A stretch of DNA of 15,643 nt, taken from assembly GCA_050331235.1 (NCBI GenBank), contig JBHJHA010000042.1:1-15643 (forward strand). Reading direction: 5' to 3'. Shown here in pieces: positions 1 through 6,704 of this stretch. The position numbers were made by a program, and so were the translations under genes. The stretch comes from Leptolyngbyaceae cyanobacterium (lineage in GTDB: Bacteria; Cyanobacteriota; Cyanobacteriia; Phormidesmidales; Phormidesmidaceae). Numbering within the stretch: the stretch's first letter is position 1; the number at the start of each line of letters is the position of its first letter. The notes beneath the pieces are model-generated. The model worked only from the letters and a program-made list of their open reading frames with translations. It had not been told where the DNA came from and searched no databases.

Positions 1-69
1 GAAGTCATCAACTTCCCAGAAAATCTGCGTCACATCCAGGCGAGAGACTTCGGATAAAGTGGTGTTCAT
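1..69 (-). CDS. IS982-family transposase, N-terminal 23 codons (partial)
   Basis: ATG at 69-67 translates as MNTTLSEVSRLDVTQIFWEVDDF and is open to the window edge. The 'LD.T.IF..VDDF' pattern is typical of IS982-family transposase N-termini. Not in the supplied ORF track. Confidence 0.75.
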   Translation of the reverse strand, partial: MNTTLSEVSRLDVTQIFWEVDDF

Positions 70-140
70 AGCTGAGCATAGAATTCGTCAAATTCAGTCT
101 CAGCTTTTTTCTTACTCACTTCTGCTCGTCGAACTCACGT
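1..140 (-). mobile_element. Left end of a probable IS982-family insertion sequence (continues beyond the window start)
   Basis: The minus strand from 140 reads ACGTGAGTTCGACGAG, resembling IS982-family terminal inverted repeats as I recall them. A transposase-like N-terminus starts about 70 nt inside. The host reading frame begins abruptly right after position 140. Confidence 0.75.
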
Positions 141-141
141 C

Positions 142-1192
142 GGAACGCTCTGGGTCTTAAATTTGCCGTACCCAATGATTCGTTGGCCCGTCGCCAAAAC
201 CCTGCCCATCGTGCTACTGCCCAGCTATTTCAGCATGGATCATCACTATCGCCAAGCGATCGCCAATGTGACTCAAGCCGATCAGCTTATTAACCAGGCC
301 ACCAGTGCCCAAGATATTGCTTTAAGGGGCCGACAAAGCTGAGCAGGCTCAAAAAAATCTAGATCAGTTGCCGGTGTGGTTTCTAGGTTATTTCCCTCAG
401 ACTTACTGCACGTGATTTAGCTGTGCATGGCGCTTTACGTACGACGAATTTGCCACCGCTCGCCAGGCAACGGCCCGCATGGAGGCCAAAGCCCTTCAGG
501 AGGAGAATGCGCTGAAACTCTTGACTGACGGGACAGCTGCCGTCGATGCCGCCAAACAGCAGTATCAAACAGCTGCCGATACGCAGCTCAAGACGGTCGC
601 GCTGGCAGAGTGGCAGCAAGGCATGGACCTGCTGAACGAAATTCCTTCGGAGACATTGGCCGGGCGAATGAGCGCCACTAGGCTAGAGGCCTACCGGCGA
701 GATTTTGGCCAGGTATCTGGGTTGATCGCTGGGGACAATCGCGCTTCAACGTTGATTCAAGCCGCCAAAGAATTTGCCTGGACCGCATCCTCTGAGGCCC
801 AAAACCCACCCCACTCGGCAGAAACCTGGCAGCGGATTGCAGGGCTCTGGCAGCAGGCGATCGCCCGGCTAGAGCAAGTCCCCGTCGAAGATGTTGGGTA
901 CAGCGAGGCGCAGCGCATGATTGCCGAATATCAAAACAAGCTGGGCGTCATTCGAGAGCAGCAAATCAAGGAACAGCGGGCACTGGAGGCCTTTGAGTCA
1001 GCCCAGACCAAAAATGCCTATTTGGGCGAGACTGTTGACTCTCTAGAAGTCAACGTCTATGCTAGCGAGCTCCAGAGTATTGCCAACGAGCTCAACAAGG
1101 TAGAACCCGGCACAACGTCCTACGGAGCCGCTCAGCAACTGCTGAAGGCCGTTCAAGGGCAACTGCGGGAAGCGGTTGAGGCCTCGTCTTAA
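142..1192 (+). pseudogene. Disrupted conserved cyanobacterial hypothetical protein (alpha-helical, TPR-like repeats); ORF 479-1192 is the intact C-terminal remnant
   Basis: Frame +1 from 142 reads GTLWVLNLPYPMIRWPVAKTLPIVLLPSYFSMDHHYRQAIANVTQADQLINQATSAQDIAL, then stops at TGA 340-342. Shifting +1 near 325 continues GADKAEQAQKNLDQLPVWFLGYFPQTYCT, hits TGA 413-415, then FSCAWRFTYDEFATARQATAR in frame with M479. The C-terminal part has repeated W..AI..L..VP....Y..AQ helical motifs. Confidence 0.8.
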
Positions 1193-1248
1193 CCGCAGTC
1201 AATGATGGGGGCGTCAGCTATTACACGCGGCTGATCTGGCCCCTGCGG
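1193..1248. terminator. Possible stem-loop between convergent genes
   Basis: Nested complementary blocks CCGCA/TGCGG, GGGGC/GCCCC and GTCAGC/GCTGAT directly after the stop at 1192. No U-tract. Confidence 0.25.
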
Positions 1249-1311
1249 CAACCGCACGTGGCCACTTGCCATTATCGGTCACCTGAGCGCCTCGTCCAAT
1301 GGCGGCAGTTT

Positions 1312-3039
1312 TTACCGTTGAAACTGCTGTGTGTAGAGATAAGCATAGCGATCGCCTTTTGTCAGCAGTTCTTCGTGGGTGCCGGATTCCATAATTTCGC
1401 CGCGCTCCAGCACGAGGATGCGGTCAGCATTTCTTACAGTGGCAAGGCGGTGGGCGATGATAAATGCCGTGCGATCGCCCATGAGTCGTTCGAGAGCTTC
1501 CTGCACGAGCTTTTCTGATTCCGAGTCTAAGGCTGAGGTCGCCTCATCGAGAATCAAAATGCGCGGATCGAGCAGCACAGCGCGGGCGATCGCGATCCGC
1601 TGCCGCTGCCCCCCTGATAGGTTGACCCCGCGTTCACCGACCCAGGCGTGGTAGCCCTGGGAAAACTGGCTAATAAAGTCGTGGGCATTAGCTGCTTTGG
1701 CCGCGGCTTCCACAGCTTGGAGGTCAGATTCGCGTTGCCCAAAGGCGATATTCTCCGCAATAGTGCCAGAAAAGAGAATAGTTTCCTGGGGAACGATCCC
1801 GATTTGGCGTCGAAGGCTCTTGAGGGTGACCGCGGCAATATCTTCTCCGTCAATCAAGATTTGCCCCGACTGGGGATCATAAAATCGGGGTAGCAAATTC
1901 ACCAACGTGGTTTTGCCTGCTCCAGAGGATCCCACAAGGGCAATTTTTTCGCCAGGCTTGGCAAGCAGGCTGAGTCCGCGCAGCACCGGTTCGCCGGGTT
2001 TGTAATAGAAGCTGACGTTACGGTATTCGACCTTACCGGTTACCGCTGGCAGCGACATAGCAGCAGTCGATTCCTCAACACCTGGGGCGATCTCGTTGAG
2101 CTCAAAGACTCGATCTACAGAGGCCTCTGCCTCCTTAAACAGGTTATAGTTTTCGGTGGTGTGGGTGATGGGATCGATCAGCAGCAAGCCAGCTGTGACA
2201 TAGCTAGCAAAGGCTTCGCCTGTGAGATTGCCCGTCGAAATTTGCCAACTCCCCACTAAAAATAAGATTAGGATAATCCCGGCGTACAGTAACCCGATGA
2301 CGGGATACTGTACGGCTAGCAGCCAGGCGGCGCGATACTTGGCCTCATAATGCCGTTTTGACTCGGCCTGAAAGCGCTCTATAGCATAATCTTCTGCGGC
2401 AAAGGCGCGAATGAGTCGAATTCCGCCAAACACTTCGGTGAGCTGAGAGGACAAATCGGACACCAAATTTTGACTGGTGCGGGAATAGTCCAGCATGCGA
2501 TCGCCAAACCAACCCACTAACAGGGCAAAGGCCGGCACAATGATCAACATAGTCAGCGTCAATTGCCAGTTGAGAACCACCATATAGGTAAGCACGACAA
2601 TCAGCTGCAAAATGCTGGGAATGAAATCTTGGAAGAGTTTTTTAACAACCTCGCCAATCCGGTCAATGTCTTCCGTGAGCCGGTAAGTCAGGTCGCCAGT
2701 TTGGGCCTTTTCAAAATAGGTGAGGCTGAGCCGCTGTAAATGGCGATAGGTATTGACCCGCAGTTTCAGGGCAACTTCCAAGGCAGCTTTGGACATCAGG
2801 GAATCTTGTCCGTACTGACCCAGCTTATGAATCACAAAGCCAGCGATGGTGATAGCAGCCATACGGGCTAAGGCCAACACTTGGCCCTGCACCAACAGTG
2901 ACAACATCTGCCCCGATAACCAAGCCAAGATTGGCCAAAACGCCGTGAAAACCAGCGTACATAATAGGGCGTTTACAATCGTGCGCCACTGTTCCCGGAC
3001 ATACGGAGTTAAAAGCCAGTAGTTAGAGCGCTGCGCCAA
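1312..3039 (-). CDS. ABC exporter, fused transmembrane plus ATPase domains (MsbA/Sav1866-like half transporter)
   Basis: 575 aa, TTG start. N-terminal multi-TM domain, Walker A GSSGAGKT, Q-loop IVPQE, signature LSGGQRQR, Walker B ILILDEATSALD, H-loop IAHRL. Confidence 0.93.
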   Translation of the reverse strand: MAQRSNYWLLTPYVREQWRTIVNALLCTLVFTAFWPILAWLSGQMLSLLVQGQVLALARMAAITIAGFVIHKLGQYGQDSLMSKAALEVALKLRVNTYRHLQRLSLTYFEKAQTGDLTYRLTEDIDRIGEVVKKLFQDFIPSILQLIVVLTYMVVLNWQLTLTMLIIVPAFALLVGWFGDRMLDYSRTSQNLVSDLSSQLTEVFGGIRLIRAFAAEDYAIERFQAESKRHYEAKYRAAWLLAVQYPVIGLLYAGIILILFLVGSWQISTGNLTGEAFASYVTAGLLLIDPITHTTENYNLFKEAEASVDRVFELNEIAPGVEESTAAMSLPAVTGKVEYRNVSFYYKPGEPVLRGLSLLAKPGEKIALVGSSGAGKTTLVNLLPRFYDPQSGQILIDGEDIAAVTLKSLRRQIGIVPQETILFSGTIAENIAFGQRESDLQAVEAAAKAANAHDFISQFSQGYHAWVGERGVNLSGGQRQRIAIARAVLLDPRILILDEATSALDSESEKLVQEALERLMGDRTAFIIAHRLATVRNADRILVLERGEIMESGTHEELLTKGDRYAYLYTQQFQR

Positions 3040-3229
3040 GCGATCGCCTCATGCATTCGACATTTTCCCACGCTACCAGGTTCCGGTTTGCCTGACATGG
3101 CGAACACTATCCTGTGGTCAGGACAAAAACTTGGCTCACACCAATACACGGGCTATGCGATTACCATCTGCCCAAATTCTCCATAGAACTTTCAAGTTCC
3201 TGAGCGCCAGATTGATTGCACGAACTGGA

Positions 3230-3475
3230 CTAGGCCTTGTGTGATGTCTGGGCTTCAACTCGGCGCTGGTAGTTGTAACTGTCGAACAGTAGGCAAAGGC
3301 CAAAGTTAAACACGATCAAACAGAGTGTGCCCAACCAAAACCAATTGTCTCCGTTGGCCTTACGGATAATCGCTTCGCCTAGAAGGCTGAGTCCGGCCCC
3401 GGTGCAGAGGAGTCCACCGATGCCTTTGACGAGCCAGAGGGTGCGCAGCTTGCTCAGGTCATGTTGTGGATTCAT
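3230..3475 (-). CDS. Small hypothetical membrane protein (2 predicted TM helices)
   Basis: 81 aa, ATG start with GAAGGAAGG ribosome-binding sequence just upstream. Two hydrophobic segments are separated by GEAIIRKANGDNWFW. Confidence 0.75.
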   Translation of the reverse strand: MNPQHDLSKLRTLWLVKGIGGLLCTGAGLSLLGEAIIRKANGDNWFWLGTLCLIVFNFGLCLLFDSYNYQRRVEAQTSHKA

Positions 3476-3633
3476 GTGCCTTCCTTCGATGTTCAGTTAT
3501 CTCCCTATTAACCTATCAGCGCGATCGCCGCTAAAACCATTCCCGCGGATGGCGGATATAGGCCAGTGATAACAGGTTTGATGAGCAAGGAAGTTAAAGA
3601 ATAAGCTGGGCAGCTGGATTTATGCTTGCTGGC

Positions 3634-3665
3634 AAAAAAGCTGGATGCCTTGTGACACCCAGCCT
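3634..3665 (-). terminator. Rho-independent terminator of the PEP-CTERM gene
   Basis: Minus strand reads GCTGGGTGTC-ACAA-GGCATCCAGC followed by TTTTTT, about 30 nt after the stop codon at 3696-3694. Confidence 0.8.
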
Positions 3666-3693
3666 CTCCTGAAGAATATAGCAGCCTATCTTC

Positions 3694-4347
3694 TTATGCT
3701 TTGGTGCGCTGGCGCAGAGTTCCCACTGCTCCAACTGCAGCGATCGCGCCTAGCCCCAAGACAGACATGGGCTCGGGTACATCAGCAGTGACAACTGAGA
3801 TGTTGTCAACATTGGCACCAAGGGTATCCTTCTTACCCAAAGACCAGAACTTTAGGCGGGTAGTTGTTTCAGTCGCTGTAATCGTTTTTTGGAAGAGTTT
3901 CCAACCTTCTCCGCTATCGCCAGCATCTAGCTCTTCGTAAGTGCCTGCGCCAAACTCTACACCCAACAAGTTATCGCCATAGACATTATTTCTTGGACTG
4001 TAAGCAAAAGAGAGCGTGTATTTCTGACCAATTTTGGTGACAATATCTTGGAAAAAGCCGATCTCATCCGGGGCATTGTTCTTATTGTAGTGGCTATCTA
4101 ATTCAGCTAAGTGGTCGCCTTCGTAAGCTGTACCAACAACGTTCTTACGAATTTCGATTCTAGTGTTGCCAAAGGGAGTCCAGCCTTCTAACTCCCCCTC
4201 ACCAAATGTCGTCCAGCGGTTGGTTTGAAAATTTGCTGATTCAAAGCCACCATTGACAACTAAGTTGCTAGCGGTAGCAGGATTGGCGAACACTCCGAGG
4301 GTAGCTGCGCTAAGTAGGCCTATGCTAATTGCGATTAATTTCTTGAT
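3694..4347 (-). CDS. PEP-CTERM sorting-domain protein with a DUF642-like / galactose-binding-like beta-sandwich domain (start uncertain; ORF track starts at GTG 4293)
   Basis: C-terminus is VPEP, then a hydrophobic helix (MSVLGLGAIAAVGAVG), then a basic tail (LRQRTKA). The mature domain starts NLVVNGGFE and ends DNISV. The frame is open upstream of 4293 and encodes a Sec signal peptide (I)KKLIAISIGLLSAATLGVFANPATA starting at ATC 4347. Confidence 0.88.
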   Translation of the reverse strand: MKKLIAISIGLLSAATLGVFANPATASNLVVNGGFESANFQTNRWTTFGEGELEGWTPFGNTRIEIRKNVVGTAYEGDHLAELDSHYNKNNAPDEIGFFQDIVTKIGQKYTLSFAYSPRNNVYGDNLLGVEFGAGTYEELDAGDSGEGWKLFQKTITATETTTRLKFWSLGKKDTLGANVDNISVVTADVPEPMSVLGLGAIAAVGAVGTLRQRTKA

Positions 4348-4512
4348 TTTTAGGCGTGAAGAATTAAAGAATCATTGCCTCTCCGTTGAACTCAATATGA
4401 ACGACTTCTCAACCAGAAGGTCGTAATTTTTAGTGACCTAATCGAAACTATACTTTGAGTTTTTCTAAGTATAAAACCAGAACCTTGCCTTGCCTTCAGG
4501 GGTTGATTTTCT

Positions 4513-4676
4513 CAGTATCTGTACTTAAAAGATAATTGACTTCAGAGTCTGTTTACGGTTTTCGTTTGGATAAATACACGACGCAAATTGTCGATGAATC
4601 AGCATTTTTGCAGAGGAAGCTGATCAAATGAACTAGCTAACCTTTGGGAAAATCAAAAGTTACCGTAGCGCTACTG
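4513..4676. promoter_or_regulatory. Repeated GTA-N4-TAC palindromic sites (putative transcription-factor boxes)
   Basis: CAGTA-TCTG-TACTT (4513-4526), GAGTC-TGTT-TACGG (4545-4558) and CCGTA-GCGC-TACTG (4663-4676) in the divergent intergenic region. Confidence 0.45.
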
Positions 4677-4942
4677 AGATGACAGGTAGCAATAGATGGG
4701 AGGGCGATGGGTGATAAACCCATTCTTAAATCCGTCTTGACATTGAATTCATTGAAGCTGCCGGAATAGGCTAATGCCTGTGAGGGGTGCATCGTCGATG
4801 GCCGAATTTCCGCTCTCAGAGATGAACCTGGATGTTGGCTATGGGCAGGGGCCCTCAGGTTGCATTTGGTATTTTGCTCTCGTGGGATAAGGGCATTACC
4901 CCATAAGATAAGGAGCATATAAATGCTGTGACGGGCGAAGGT

Positions 4943-5629
4943 ATGCAGGGCAAGCTGATTGTTTTTGAAGGCGTTGAGGGCAGTGGCAAGAGTACTCAAC
5001 TTTCCAAACTCCAGAGTTGGCTACAGGGGTGTGACGTCTTTCAGAAATTGCAATCGGCGGGGGTGGTGAACAACGTTCTCACTACTCGAGAGCCGGGCGG
5101 GACCGCCCTCGGAAAATCGCTACGCTCACTGCTGCTCGACGGTCAATCTGACATTGCCTTGGGGGCTCGGGCTGAGTTATTGCTCTATGCCGCCGATCGC
5201 GCTCAGCATATGGAGGAAGTGATTCGCCCGGCACTGCAGGCGGGGAACTGGGTGCTGTGCGACCGCTTCATCGACTCAACGGTGGCTTACCAGGGCTACG
5301 GTCGGGGACTCAGTTTGTCACTAATTGAGCAGTTGAATGCGATCGCCACGGAAGGCCTATCCGGAGATTTGACGTTTTGGCTGCAGTTGGACGCGGCTGT
5401 GGGGCTACGCCGGTCGCGCTCACGGGGGCAACTTGACCGCATGGAGCAGACCAGCTTAGCCTTTCACGAGCAGGTGCAGCAGGGCTTTGAAACCTTAGCA
5501 GAGCAACACCCAGAGCGGATTGTGCCGATCAATGCCGACCAACTAGAGACAGCGGTGGCGCTACAGATTCAAACGGTGATAGAGCAGCGACTTAGGCGAT
5601 GGTACGGGAAACATTTGCGGATTTGCTAG
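4943..5629 (+). CDS. tmk: Thymidylate (dTMP) kinase
   Basis: P-loop FEGVEGSGKST, TREPGGT, ELLLYAADRAQH, LCDRFIDSTVAYQGYGRG. ATG 4943 (MQGKLIVFEG) is preferred over GTG 4928. Sits directly upstream of holB, as is widely conserved. Confidence 0.96.
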   Translation: MQGKLIVFEGVEGSGKSTQLSKLQSWLQGCDVFQKLQSAGVVNNVLTTREPGGTALGKSLRSLLLDGQSDIALGARAELLLYAADRAQHMEEVIRPALQAGNWVLCDRFIDSTVAYQGYGRGLSLSLIEQLNAIATEGLSGDLTFWLQLDAAVGLRRSRSRGQLDRMEQTSLAFHEQVQQGFETLAEQHPERIVPINADQLETAVALQIQTVIEQRLRRWYGKHLRIC

Positions 5630-6546
5630 GACAAGAGACGGCGGTTGACTTACTCTGTCAAGCGATCGCTAAGCAGCGAGTTGCTCCGGCTTACTTATTT
5701 GTAGGGCCATCGGGGGTCGGGCGCCGACTGACGGCTCAACGGTTTGCCGAGTGTCTTTTGTCCCCGAAAACGCAGCCACCAGGGAATTTGCGACAGCGTC
5801 TGGAAGCGCGGAACCATCCTGATCTGCTGTGGGTAGAACCGACCTATTTGCACAAGGGTAAGCCGGTAACTGCCGCTGAGACCGAAGCTTTAGATTTGAA
5901 ACGCAAGAGTCCGCCGCAAATTCGTCTGGAGCAGATCCGTAGCATTGCCCGATTTTTGTCGCGTCCGACGTTGGAGTCGAACCGCGCTGTGGTGATCCTG
6001 GAAGGGGCCGAAACCATGGCCGAAGCCCCCGCCAATGGCCTCTTGAAAACGCTGGAAGAGCCTGGTAATGCTAGTTTGATTTTGTTGGCTGAAGATCAGG
6101 CCAACCTACTGCCAACTATCATTTCTCGGTGTCAAACCATTCCATTTCGCCGGTTATCGCCCGATCACTTGGCTACTGTTTTGCAGCGGGTCGGACAAAC
6201 AGAAATTTTGCAGCAGGCTGGGATTTTGGCCATGGCCCAAGGCAGTCCCGGACAGGCGATTGCCGCTTGGCAGCAGCTCAATGCGATACCTCCTGAACTC
6301 GTGGCGGCCCTGAGCCAACCGCCCGCCAACTTACGAGCAGCCCTAGATCTGGCCCGCCAAGTTAGCAAAGCAATCGCGCCGGAATCGCAGCTATGGTTGG
6401 TGGATTATTTGCAGCATGTGGTTTGGCATGAACGGCGATCGCTGGCCCAATTACAAACGCTGGAGCAGGCTCGCTGGCATCTCCGGCGCTTTGTGCAGCC
6501 CCGATTGGTGTGGGAAGTTACCTTGATGAACTTTGTGAGGCAATAA
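5599..6546 (+). CDS. holB: DNA polymerase III subunit delta'
   Basis: AYLFVGPSGVGR, NHPDL, ANGLLKTLEEP, LLPTIISRCQ (SRC motif) and the cyanobacterial C-terminus VQPRLVWEVTL. Overlaps tmk by 31 nt. Confidence 0.95.
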   Translation: MVRETFADLLGQETAVDLLCQAIAKQRVAPAYLFVGPSGVGRRLTAQRFAECLLSPKTQPPGNLRQRLEARNHPDLLWVEPTYLHKGKPVTAAETEALDLKRKSPPQIRLEQIRSIARFLSRPTLESNRAVVILEGAETMAEAPANGLLKTLEEPGNASLILLAEDQANLLPTIISRCQTIPFRRLSPDHLATVLQRVGQTEILQQAGILAMAQGSPGQAIAAWQQLNAIPPELVAALSQPPANLRAALDLARQVSKAIAPESQLWLVDYLQHVVWHERRSLAQLQTLEQARWHLRRFVQPRLVWEVTLMNFVRQ

Positions 6547-6634
6547 TTTGAAGCCCGAAAGTATTGCCGATTTGCAAACATGTGTAGCGTTTTCAGTGGG
6601 ACGCGCTAGACCTATAAGCAGTAGGTGATACTGT

Positions 6635-6653
6635 AAACTACACGGTTTAGTTT
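6635..6653. promoter_or_regulatory. Palindromic operator-like site upstream of the dev-like operon (TetR-type candidate)
   Basis: AAACTACAC-G-GTTTAGTTT has 8 of 9 positions dyad-symmetric. It lies about 50 nt before the ATG at 6705 and just downstream of a -10-like GATACT (6627-6632). Confidence 0.55.
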
Positions 6654-6704
6654 TGCCTGTTGCTCCAGTGGAGTTTGAGGTGGCGACGACTAGGGTAAAG
6701 GGGT

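Noticed and set aside
413..415. TGA as recoded Trp or selenocysteine in YCT*FSC
   Set aside because: TGA is a normal stop elsewhere in the window (tmk, devB, phosphatase). The same gene also has a frameshift and an IS insertion, so decay is the simpler explanation.
4637..4999. 120-aa minus-strand ORF upstream of tmk
   Set aside because: It overlaps the tmk start antisense, has no motif and an atypical composition. Probably intergenic DNA.
6628..6641. NtcA box upstream of devB (ATA-N8-TAC)
   Set aside because: Mismatch at the conserved G and no TAN3T -10 about 22 nt downstream. The two overlapping dyads explain the sequence better.
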